Shown here one piece after another: positions 1 to 7,706 of a DNA stretch of 64,000 bases. Below the pieces are notes generated by a model. The model searched no databases, was not told where the DNA came from, and saw only the letters and a program-made list of their open reading frames with translations. The DNA lies in IMG/VR virus record IMGVR_UViG_3300027733_000001, one strand, 5' to 3'. The DNA is from a virus. The stretch's first letter is position 1. Every line of letters starts with the position of its first letter. Position numbers and translations under genes: made by a program.

Positions 1-126
1 CAGGAGCTGCCACAGGCTCAGGAGTTACCTCAGCTGCAGGAGCAGGAGCTGCCACAGGCTCAGGAGTTACCTCAGCTGCAGGAGCAGGAGCTGCCACAGG
101 CTCAGGAGTTACCTCAGCTGCAGGAG
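1..126. repeat. 42-bp tandem repeat, 3 copies (continues off the left edge)
   Basis: caggagctgccacaggctcaggagttacctcagctgcaggag at 1-42, 43-84 and 85-126; encodes the 14-aa unit PAAEVTPEPVAAPA on the minus strand. Confidence 0.95.
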
Positions 127-265
127 CCTTTTTCTTGAACAGCTCCATAGCGCCAGCTGCAATCTTCTTAGATTGAGCTTTGATCTCTTTTCTGTATACC
201 ACTGCCGCCACCGTCGCTGCCACACCTACTGTCACACCTACTACGATTGTTGTTTTTGATGCCAT
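1..265 (-). CDS. Membrane-anchored Pro/Ala-rich repeat protein, 3'-truncated (not in ORF track)
   Basis: ATG at 265: MASKTTIVGVTVGVAATVAAVVYRKEIKAQSKK...APAAEVTPEPVAAPA repeats; frame open to the window edge. Confidence 0.8.
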   Translation of the reverse strand, partial: MASKTTIVVGVTVGVAATVAAVVYRKEIKAQSKKIAAGAMELFKKKAPAAEVTPEPVAAPAPAAEVTPEPVAAPAPAAEVTPEPVAAP

Positions 266-303
266 AATATTAATTTGTTTGTGGTTGGTTTACTGCTGTT
301 TGT

Positions 304-504
304 TTACTGCTTGTTACTGCTACCGTCATTTCCGTCTGAGGGAGAGTTTTTACCCCACAGGCGGTTTACTGCTTCACTGATCTTTTCACTATTGGCTTTC
401 GCCACTTCTGCCGCCCCTACACCTACGGCGACCCCTGTAGCTATTACAGCTACTCCCACCACTGCGCTCCATGGTGATATGCCCACAGATATTGTTAGAG
501 TCAT
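304..504 (-). CDS. Small single-pass membrane protein
   Basis: Hydrophobic N-half (SAVVGVAVIATGVAVGVG); tiles between its neighbours. Confidence 0.65.
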   Translation of the reverse strand: MTLTISVGISPWSAVVGVAVIATGVAVGVGAAEVAKANSEKISEAVNRLWGKNSPSDGNDGSSNKQ

Positions 505-505
505 G

Positions 506-853
506 CTAGGCTCCTTTCTTCTGTTGCATTTTGGCTACAGCATAAGTGACTGCACCGAGTGCGTACCATGTCACCCACATCAACATCATTACCGCCCCTA
601 CCCTGGGACTGAGGAATGCTGATATTAACGTCTGCACCACCGCCGTGGTGGACGCACTTATTACGTGAGCTTTGGCAATTGCTTTGTTGTTGTATTGCAA
701 TGCCGCACTCAAAGGTGCAAACCTCCAGGTTACCATCATTGCCACGACACTCAGACCGACGCCAGCATAGGCCGTCCATTCACCGACTTTCGAGATCATC
801 AAATACCAAAATACGTTGGTGATGATTGCCGAGATGATTACATACATGTTCAT
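506..853 (-). CDS. Small multi-pass membrane protein
   Basis: About four hydrophobic segments; AC-rich leader upstream. Confidence 0.7.
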   Translation of the reverse strand: MNMYVIISAIITNVFWYLMISKVGEWTAYAGVGLSVVAMMVTWRFAPLSAALQYNNKAIAKAHVISASTTAVVQTLISAFLSPRVGAVMMLMWVTWYALGAVTYAVAKMQQKKGA

Positions 854-957
854 ATTTTTGTTTGTTTGTGGTTGGTTGTTAACTGCATGAATATACCCTG
901 TAAGCTATAGAGTACGTATTCATGTTATTATCCCACAAACCCCGTTAATTGTCGTGA

Positions 958-990
958 GGGGGCGGGGAGGGGGAGGGGGAGGGGGAGGGG
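958..990 (+). other. Predicted G-quadruplex motif (six G-tracts, 1-nt loops)
   Basis: GGGGG-C-GGGG-A-GGGGG-A-GGGGG-A-GGGGG-A-GGGG, intergenic. Confidence 0.85.
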
Positions 991-1027
991 TAGCTAAAAA
1001 AGAGGGTAGGCCTAGACCTACCCCCTT
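991..1027 (-). terminator. Intrinsic terminator
   Basis: Minus-strand RNA AGGGGGUAGG-UCUAGG-CCUACCCUCU followed by a U-run (UUUUUAGCUA). Confidence 0.75.
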
Positions 1028-1131
1028 CTGTTTGATGTAGCTGTTACCAGTTATAGTAACTCTTCATCCCTCTCAGGATCATACCTACACTCCAAAGAGT
1101 AAGGCATGTACCTATCAAGATATTCACCCTA

Positions 1132-1335
1132 TCAGGCTTTCTCTTGTTTTTTGGTGCGTTTGGAACTAGAGGAGGATTTGTGTCGAGCATTCCAGATGCT
1201 TTCTGTGATTAACCAAGGTTGCTCTGCTAGTATTGCCTGCCAATCTTCCAACTCTATAGATGGAGGGTTGGTGATTGTAGGTTTACCTATGGTTTGTCCG
1301 TGTTCGTTGATTAACGGAGACTCCAAGTCTTTCAT
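1132..1335 (-). CDS. Hypothetical protein
   Basis: 67-aa ORF with a basic C-terminus. Confidence 0.5.
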   Translation of the reverse strand: MKDLESPLINEHGQTIGKPTITNPPSIELEDWQAILAEQPWLITESIWNARHKSSSSSKRTKKQEKA

Positions 1336-1393
1336 GGTTGGTATAGGTGCAACTAGCGGAGGAGGTCAATCGCTCCGCTAGTCTCATCATAAC

Positions 1394-1597
1394 CTAGGCA
1401 GCCATTTCAGGCCGTCTTGCTGCTTTCTTGTTTGCAGCGCTTCCTCCTCTCCACGGAGATTTTCTTTTTGTGTTGGGATTGCGCACCTGCTGTCCACCCT
1501 TCACAACCCAAAAGGCTGTTTCACAGGCCTTCCCGTGAAAGTGCTTCTTTTCTTTCCGTTCTGCTGCTGTCCGTGCGCGTGTGTTTTTGTTGGCCAT
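1394..1597 (-). CDS. Small basic protein
   Basis: Probable start MANKNTRAR at 1597 with GGAG upstream; K/R-rich. Confidence 0.6.
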   Translation of the reverse strand: MANKNTRARTAAERKEKKHFHGKACETAFWVVKGGQQVRNPNTKRKSPWRGGSAANKKAARRPEMAA

Positions 1598-1598
1598 A

Positions 1599-1958
1599 TT
1601 ACTCTCCTTTGTGTTGTTTTTCTCCACAATAACTGCATGTTGCTTCTGCAGCGTCAGCCGCAATTCGATATACCCCGATACTGCAACTTGTACAGTGGGT
1701 GTATTTGGACCCACTCATTCCATCTTCTCCTGAAAGCTCTTGCTGTAGGCGCTGCATAACACCTCGGTCTGCACCAATCTGTAACGCCACAGGACAAAAT
1801 GCTTCTGGTTGTACATGTCCCCTATCGACAGGCACTGTGATCTCGAAAGAGGTAGAGTACCTGGGTTTTTCTTCAACCTGCTTTTTACAGGCAAAGATAC
1901 TGCTCATGGCTGCAGTCATTGCAACCATTTTTATAATCATAGATCTATTCATTTGCAT
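1599..1958 (-). CDS. Putative lipoprotein with C-terminal 4-Cys ribbon
   Basis: Lipobox IFA-C; HCTSC...TCSYCG; paralogous C-terminus to 3793-4053; exact start uncertain. Confidence 0.65.
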   Translation of the reverse strand: MQMNRSMIIKMVAMTAAMSSIFACKKQVEEKPRYSTSFEITVPVDRGHVQPEAFCPVALQIGADRGVMQRLQQELSGEDGMSGSKYTHCTSCSIGVYRIAADAAEATCSYCGEKQHKGE

Positions 1959-2853
1959 TTTTTACTGATTTTTCTAACTCAACCAACAGCTTTAACCCAG
2001 CCTCTGTAAGCATATATGGGCGACGTCTACTGAAAGCTACACTCTTAGGAGGATATTTTTTATCCTGGGTCAGATACTCAGTACCTGCAATCTTGTTTGT
2101 GTACATCCATACACTAAGTGCGCTTTCGTTTTTTGCACCAACACCCTCTACTATTTCAGGGCCGTATATTCTAGCTTTCTCAGGATTGCTAGGGTTTTTA
2201 AGTCTAAACAGATTTAGTATCTCGTGAGTCTTGCTATGTACCAGTGAGTAGCGTCCGTCTTTCTTTCTTGAATATTTTGGTGAGCATTTAACACGCACCC
2301 TATTTTCTGAAGAAAGGTCGTTTTTGGCCAGTATCTGATGAGCCATCTCTAGGCCACAGGCACTCAGCTTATATCCTGGTCGATAGTCTGTGCCGTAGCA
2401 CTTTAATATGGGCGATTCTGCATTTGCCCTATCTAACTCAATAATCCATGTTGAGATATAGTTATGCTTTCGGCCGAGTGCTGCGCAGAGTTCCTGATTT
2501 GACATATGCACTGCTCCAGGATTGTCTGGATTTTGCTTGCAGAAAACTTCCACAATTCTATGTCCGCGCCTGCAGTACATTGAAGCTTTGTTCTTTTTGT
2601 CAGGACCCTCTAAATCGAACAAGTCGATCAGTGTGTTGGTCATTTCCACCAGCTTGATTGCGGTTTCCCGCTTATGTGTAAGTTCATCGATCTGACGAGT
2701 GAAGTCATCTCTGAGCTTCTCATACGTCTGCAGCTGCTTCACATGTTGTTTTGCCAGCTGCTCTAGATTTTCTTCTCCAGGAAGATTAACGTTTAGCGGT
2801 TTTGTAGGTACACCCAGCAAATCAAATATATCGACTTTTGTTTTAGTTTTCAT
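1945..2853 (-). CDS. Putative DNA-binding protein with two winged-helix-like regions
   Basis: Two helix-turn-helix-like segments, each ending in a wing-like YxL(S/T)xxG (GYKLSACG, PYMLTEAG); N-terminal coiled coil. Confidence 0.5.
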   Translation of the reverse strand: MKTKTKVDIFDLLGVPTKPLNVNLPGEENLEQLAKQHVKQLQTYEKLRDDFTRQIDELTHKRETAIKLVEMTNTLIDLFDLEGPDKKNKASMYCRRGHRIVEVFCKQNPDNPGAVHMSNQELCAALGRKHNYISTWIIELDRANAESPILKCYGTDYRPGYKLSACGLEMAHQILAKNDLSSENRVRVKCSPKYSRKKDGRYSLVHSKTHEILNLFRLKNPSNPEKARIYGPEIVEGVGAKNESALSVWMYTNKIAGTEYLTQDKKYPPKSVAFSRRRPYMLTEAGLKLLVELEKSVKNANE

Positions 2854-3515
2854 TTTTTAGCTATCAGATAACCGAACACTCCGTATGTTGTTTTGCCGTG
2901 TTTGTACACATACGGAGTACAGCACGGTACCATATATTTGGTCCCAAGTTTCTCTATCATTTTTACGAGGATTGCACTTGTAACAGCTGCTCTTTCTGTT
3001 CCAGGATTAGCCTCGTATACTGCACGAATATAGTGCTCTCTAGAAAGCCCACGTATCGCATGGTCTATGGCCAGTGTGATAAACATTATGCTGCCATGGG
3101 CAAACATATTCGATACACAAGACTGTATATCGATTAGCCTTTGATTCAACAAACCTCCTGTCAAATCAAACCATGCTGCTGTAGGTGCCTCGCCATATTT
3201 CCTCTTCAGCAACCTTCTAAAGATATCCGGACAGCGCTCATGTCTCCAGATTCTGTGCGGATTTATGTTCGTCTCTGTTGTCTCATGACGGTCGTCGAAA
3301 GTCAACAGTTTCAATTTTGTTTTACCTTCTGTTTTCTCTATCGCACGAATGTGCTCCAGAATCATGTTTTCTTGCCGCCCGCTGCTGGACGGCATGGTTA
3401 CTATATAACCAGGCTTGTGAAAATTTAAACTAATCCATGGCCAGAATTTGCTATTGATGAGACTGTGAGATTCATACTTTTGAGAAGAGGTAAGTACGAA
3501 CGGCTCATTGTTCAC
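2850..3515 (-). CDS. Hypothetical protein
   Basis: 221-aa ORF with an ATGA overlap to the next gene; WFDLTG is weakly methyltransferase-like. Confidence 0.6.
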   Translation of the reverse strand: MNNEPFVLTSSQKYESHSLINSKFWPWISLNFHKPGYIVTMPSSSGRQENMILEHIRAIEKTEGKTKLKLLTFDDRHETTETNINPHRIWRHERCPDIFRRLLKRKYGEAPTAAWFDLTGGLLNQRLIDIQSCVSNMFAHGSIMFITLAIDHAIRGLSREHYIRAVYEANPGTERAAVTSAILVKMIEKLGTKYMVPCCTPYVYKHGKTTYGVFGYLIAKK

Positions 3516-3699
3516 GTTTATAGCGAATCGTGGCTTTAAGAATAAGGATCAACAGCAGTGCTGCTGTCCAGCTTTCGACACTGTATGCTGTATTTGTGTG
3601 CCACAACACATTGATTACCCATACCAGCACTAGAGGTACAGCTGCAATAGCCGCTAGAATCAATGCTATAACTACGGTCAGAAAAACTAGGTATTTCAT
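3505..3699 (-). CDS. Small membrane protein
   Basis: Two hydrophobic segments. Confidence 0.65.
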   Translation of the reverse strand: MKYLVFLTVVIALILAAIAAVPLVLVWVINVLWHTNTAYSVESWTAALLLILILKATIRYKREQ

Positions 3700-3710
3700 A
3701 AATGAAGAAG

Positions 3711-3784
3711 TGCACCCGGTTGGATTCGAACCAACGACCGACGGATTAGAAATCCGTTGCTCTATCCAGCTGAGCTACGGGTGC
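3711..3784 (-). tRNA. tRNA-Arg(UCU)
   Basis: Acceptor stem GCACCCG/CGGGTGC, anticodon arm ACGGA-TTTCTAA-TCCGT, GTTCGAA T-loop; CCA not encoded. Confidence 0.95.
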
Positions 3785-3792
3785 ATTGAAAA

Positions 3793-4053
3793 CTATCTCT
3801 GGTTTGCCAGTTTTGGTGCAATCTCCAACGAGCCCTTTTGTAGTCCGCAATAGGTGCACGTTAATTTGTTGTATTTTCCGTGCGGCAGATATACCCCATA
3901 CGAACAAATACTGCAGTGGTCGTATACCACTATTTTACCGTTACCTTCATTAGAGAAAGGTACGTATTTCTTGTCGGCTTTCGGTGCGGCTGGCTTGGTT
4001 GATGTGCAGCCAACAGATACACTTAAGATTAATGTAAGTAGGATGTTTTTCAT
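3793..4053 (-). CDS. Putative lipoprotein with C-terminal 4-Cys ribbon
   Basis: Start MKNILL at 4053 (the track's longer ORF overlaps tRNA-Leu); lipobox SVG-C; HCSIC...TCTYCG. Confidence 0.7.
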   Translation of the reverse strand: MKNILLTLILSVSVGCTSTKPAAPKADKKYVPFSNEGNGKIVVYDHCSICSYGVYLPHGKYNKLTCTYCGLQKGSLEIAPKLANQR

Positions 4054-4067
4054 GTTTAGTTTTAGGT

Positions 4068-4155
4068 TGGTACCCAGAGTGGGACTCGAACCCACACGAG
4101 GATTGCTCCTCAACGGATTTTAAGTCCGTTGCGTCTGCCATTTCGCCACCTGGGC
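4068..4155 (-). tRNA. tRNA-Leu(UAA)
   Basis: Anticodon loop CTTAAAA, long variable arm, GTTCGAG T-loop, CCA encoded. Confidence 0.95.
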
Positions 4156-4160
4156 ATCGA

Positions 4161-4457
4161 TCAGTTCAAAGGTTTGAAAACTTGTAGTGTAGTTATATCG
4201 CAAAGTTTCACGTATACAGTCATTTCATCATCTTGTGGTCTTTCAGGGAAAAATCCAACTTGCAGCGCTTCCACGCACCCTTCATCCGAGGAATCAAAAT
4301 GTCCAGTAATTGCCACGTCGTGCACGATACAAGGTCCTGCTCCAGGACGATAGACAACAAGTCCAGTATACTCTTTTTTAATTTTTTGCTCTAGCTCAAC
4401 AAGCATGCGTTCTGCAGCATGCGTCATCTCTTTAATCTCTTTAATTGCTGGTCTCAT
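4161..4457 (-). CDS. Hypothetical protein
   Basis: 98-aa ORF filling the gap between two tRNAs. Confidence 0.65.
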   Translation of the reverse strand: MRPAIKEIKEMTHAAERMLVELEQKIKKEYTGLVVYRPGAGPCIVHDVAITGHFDSSDEGCVEALQVGFFPERPQDDEMTVYVKLCDITTLQVFKPLN

Positions 4458-4476
4458 GTTTGTGTTGATTGAAAAG

Positions 4477-4549
4477 TGCGTCTGGAGGGATTCGAACCCC
4501 CAACCAAGGCATTATGAGTGCCCTGCTCTGACCATTGAGCTACAGACGC
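4477..4549 (-). tRNA. tRNA with CAU anticodon, probably Ile2 (lysidine type)
   Basis: GGCA-CTCATAA-TGCC; the context AGAGCAGGGCACTCATAATGCCTTGGT resembles bacterial tRNA-Ile2 more than initiator Met. Confidence 0.85.
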
Positions 4550-4558
4550 ATGAAAGTT

Positions 4559-5080
4559 TTAGTTAGGCTTTATTTTCTGCCGAAGCTTTGCAGTTGCTTT
4601 ACTCAATATGAAAGCTACGTTTCCTATAGACAACCCTGTAGCTTCGGATATCTCTATGTAGCTTAACCCTCCCCAGTATCTGAGCTCAATAACTTTTCGT
4701 TGGTTGGGTGATAGTTTTTTAACCCGTTCTCTCACCTGTGCTAGAACTTCTTCTCTATCCATTTGGCTGGATGGTATAAGGTTGTATTCTACTAGAGTTT
4801 CGTGATTGTCATGCTCTTCTTTCCATTCACAAAAACGTGACTTTTTCTGTAGTATTTTTAGTGAACAGTTGCGGCAAACAGTGAAAAGCCACTGCGCTAG
4901 ATGATCCTCGATTGTTTCCTGCTCCTGCTTGCACAAGCGCAAGAATGTGTCTTGTACAGCATCGCGTACGAGTTCTATATCTCGAACAATGCTGTAAGAA
5001 TATGTTTTTAAAGGATCCTCGTACCGCTGCATTGCGGCAAGGATCCACTCTGCTGTTGCGGTCGACATATAGCAATTCAA
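4559..5080 (-). CDS. ECF-type RNA polymerase sigma factor
   Basis: Region 2 (DAVQDTFLRL, QWLFTVCRN) and region 4 (LSPNQRKVIELRYWGGLSYIEISEATG); start may be the ATG at 5068. Confidence 0.9.
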   Translation of the reverse strand: MNCYMSTATAEWILAAMQRYEDPLKTYSYSIVRDIELVRDAVQDTFLRLCKQEQETIEDHLAQWLFTVCRNCSLKILQKKSRFCEWKEEHDNHETLVEYNLIPSSQMDREEVLAQVRERVKKLSPNQRKVIELRYWGGLSYIEISEATGLSIGNVAFILSKATAKLRQKIKPN

Positions 5081-5099
5081 TAGTTTACCTATTCAAGAT

Positions 5100-5109
5100 A
5101 TTATACCAC
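5100..5109 (-). promoter_or_regulatory. Putative extended -10 promoter (GTGGTATAAT)
   Basis: TATAAT upstream of the sigma gene; similar GGTATA(A/G)T boxes occur upstream of 31849 and 42293. Confidence 0.45.
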
Positions 5110-5132
5110 AAATATTGAATTAAATTTGCCAG

Positions 5133-5579
5133 CTACGCGCCTTGCTTATTGTACTTTGTAGACCTGCACAAAACATATCCCTTATGTGCTTCGCTATATT
5201 CTAGCGCATACGTCTTTTCATTTTCTTTTTCTACCACAGCTCCTGCAAATATTCCGCCCTTGGCTAGCACAAAACCGAACCTAGTATCAGGGACATTATT
5301 AATGGTGCCATAGATCTTGAAATATGTTTCTCCATCTTCAATCTCTGTCACAGTACCTGTATAGCAAAAGCCGTCTGCCCTATATATTCGGACAGACTTC
5401 CCGATAGGTGTCTGCACAATCCTTGCAGGATCTGCCTTACCATATACATCTGTGAGGTAGGCTTCCTGGCCCAGTTGTAATTTGAAACCTGTAACTACAC
5501 CAGACTCCTGTTCTTGCGTCATTCCAGCGAAAACCATATTGGCTACTATGAAACATAGGGCGGTTGTTGTTTTTTTCAT
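5133..5579 (-). CDS. Secreted hypothetical protein
   Basis: Signal peptide MKKTTTALCFIVANMVFA; beta-rich body. Confidence 0.65.
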   Translation of the reverse strand: MKKTTTALCFIVANMVFAGMTQEQESGVVTGFKLQLGQEAYLTDVYGKADPARIVQTPIGKSVRIYRADGFCYTGTVTEIEDGETYFKIYGTINNVPDTRFGFVLAKGGIFAGAVVEKENEKTYALEYSEAHKGYVLCRSTKYNKQGA

Positions 5580-5583
5580 GATA

Positions 5584-6045
5584 CTAGTGTACGGCTATTC
5601 TTCGATAACTTTCTGTACAGCTGTTCTGCTCGGCTGTATTCAATCTCTGCTTAACTTCTTCAAGTTCTCTCTGTACTTCAACAACCATACCTCTCAATTC
5701 ATTAATCATGTTTGCTGCCTCTGTAAGCTCATGCATATTTAGAGGCCGCATAGATGTATGATTGTTTAGATTTGAATAATGCGGCGTGTTTATATGCTGC
5801 GATGTATATCCGCTAGATGTACCTATCGAATATTGCATCTGTCCTAGAAAAGCGTCATTGAACGAGTGTGCGTATATGTTTGCTGCAGGTGCTCGAGACA
5901 TACTTTGTGCAGCCTCAGAGTCTCCAGCCAGTTGCTGGAGACTGTTCAATAAATCTGCTAGTTCAGGCAAACTAGCTCTGCTTTGAGCCATATGCTCTCT
6001 TTCTGTTTCAGCTATCCAATCTTCATTTTCCATAGCAGTATACAA
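5584..6045 (-). CDS. Hypothetical protein with C-terminal coiled coil
   Basis: 153-aa ORF. Confidence 0.55.
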   Translation of the reverse strand: MYTAMENEDWIAETEREHMAQSRASLPELADLLNSLQQLAGDSEAAQSMSRAPAANIYAHSFNDAFLGQMQYSIGTSSGYTSQHINTPHYSNLNNHTSMRPLNMHELTEAANMINELRGMVVEVQRELEEVKQRLNTAEQNSCTESYRRIAVH

Positions 6046-7582
6046 TTTCTTTGATTCCTGTACTATCGATTACGAAACAACTCTGCCTTGCCTTGTTGTT
6101 GAGTCCCATGGCTTCTGAATGCTTGTCCCCTTTTACTGTGGTGGACAGCATATAATGCTCGAACTCACTATACTCTTTCATTTCGAGGTGATGCTGATCT
6201 GCAGTGAGCAGTACCTTCTGTTTTACTCCAATCAGTGACTCAGGGGAAGAAAGAAATAAGTTGGCTACATAGCTTTCTCTAGCTTTCCCTGAAGAAGGTA
6301 GTCGCCCCTTATATTCGGCACTATAGCCGTGAGATGCGATAAACAGAGTGTCATATACTTTAAAGATCCCGTGATCTGTTTGAAAAACTTCAAATACGAT
6401 ACGCTCATCTTTGTTGTAGTATGCTTCTAGCGTCTTGAACAGCACCCAGTCACCGAAGTCATTGTGGTTGCCTTTAACACTTTTAACTCGGACCTGTGGA
6501 AACAAACTCAACATCGAATCTATCAGCTCTACAATACTGTTGAAAGCTTTTGTGAACTGTTCTTCTTTAATGCAGTCGTGCACTAGCATTGTTCCCTTGG
6601 TGGTGAATCCTGCCCCTGTAGTATGCAAAATGTCGCCAAGAGAAACTAGCACACATTCAGAAAAACCATAGTTTCTGTCTTTGACTATTTCTGCAATACT
6701 TTCTGCATAATCTCTAATGCTCTGCACTGCTTCTTCGGTGCTATAGCCTTTGCCTCTGAAAGATTCTTTGCTGTTCGTTTTTGCTCCGAAATGGACATCA
6801 GACAAGCCTACCAGCAAGGCTTTGTTCTTTGTGTATTTAGTGGGTCCTGTGTACTTGACTATCTTGTGTTCAGGAGGACGCCAATTAGCGATAAATGCTG
6901 CGAAGGGATCTAGCACACCTTCTTGCAGCTTAAACCATTTACCTGCAGCTTCCTCAGTGTCTTTCCAGGATTGCTTTTGAAACTCTTGGTATAATTGAAA
7001 TTTTTTCTTCTGTAGTAGCTCTCCAGCCACATCAAGTACGTCACGATCTTTGAGTTGTTCGTCTGTAACTGGCTCAGAGTCGTGAGTGATTCCTAGTATG
7101 CGTAAAACTTCAACCATGTAGTTTCTAGGAATCTTGTAGTTCCTACAGATCTGGTTGATTGTGTGATCGTTCCCGCACCAGTTACTATAGTTTTCTTTGA
7201 TGCCTCTAACCATGTCTCCAGGCAGAACAACATTGCTGTTCGCCGCTTTTAGATACATCACATACTTGTCGTCTTCCTTGTTATAGATGTACTTTTCTTT
7301 GAACTTCAGTCCTCTTTCCCAAGAGCTCGTATCTTCTTTGTCGATGACATATCTATGCGGCTTAGCAGCTTCAGCGCCATTTGATTGTAGCGCTTGCTTG
7401 ACTTCTTTGATAGCGCTGACCCCCAACCCTTGCTTTCTCAGATAGGTCTCTACGCCCTTTTTCTGCTCCTTCAGTTTGACGCACTTTTGCAGTAATTCAG
7501 GAGTCGCCCAAGAGTGCTGCCTCGATGTTTGTGCTGTTTTTTGCATTTTCAAAACTACCGATTTCTTTTTTGATTTGACCAT
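6023..7582 (-). CDS. Calcineurin-like metallophosphoesterase with N-terminal extension
   Basis: Motifs SDVHFG, GDILH, GNHN, SHG, ADQHH. Confidence 0.85.
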   Translation of the reverse strand: MVKSKKKSVVLKMQKTAQTSRQHSWATPELLQKCVKLKEQKKGVETYLRKQGLGVSAIKEVKQALQSNGAEAAKPHRYVIDKEDTSSWERGLKFKEKYIYNKEDDKYVMYLKAANSNVVLPGDMVRGIKENYSNWCGNDHTINQICRNYKIPRNYMVEVLRILGITHDSEPVTDEQLKDRDVLDVAGELLQKKKFQLYQEFQKQSWKDTEEAAGKWFKLQEGVLDPFAAFIANWRPPEHKIVKYTGPTKYTKNKALLVGLSDVHFGAKTNSKESFRGKGYSTEEAVQSIRDYAESIAEIVKDRNYGFSECVLVSLGDILHTTGAGFTTKGTMLVHDCIKEEQFTKAFNSIVELIDSMLSLFPQVRVKSVKGNHNDFGDWVLFKTLEAYYNKDERIVFEVFQTDHGIFKVYDTLFIASHGYSAEYKGRLPSSGKARESYVANLFLSSPESLIGVKQKVLLTADQHHLEMKEYSEFEHYMLSTTVKGDKHSEAMGLNNKARQSCFVIDSTGIKEIVYCYGK

Positions 7583-7706
7583 AAGCTGTTGTTAAAGAGT
7601 ACTATACGACTTGAACAACCTCTGTACAATTTTCGATGTTTTTTGAAATTGTACCGAACTGTTCTCCGTCACTATACCCAACTACACAGCCACTGCAAAC
7701 AAAACA

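Noticed and set aside
1-126. Possible CRISPR array
   Set aside because: Head-to-tail in-frame 42-bp repeats with no spacers; a coding repeat. No CRISPR array or cas gene was seen in the window.
3793-4141. Track ORFs 3793-4113 (long start) and 3950-4141
   Set aside because: They run through tRNA-Leu; the real gene starts at 4053.
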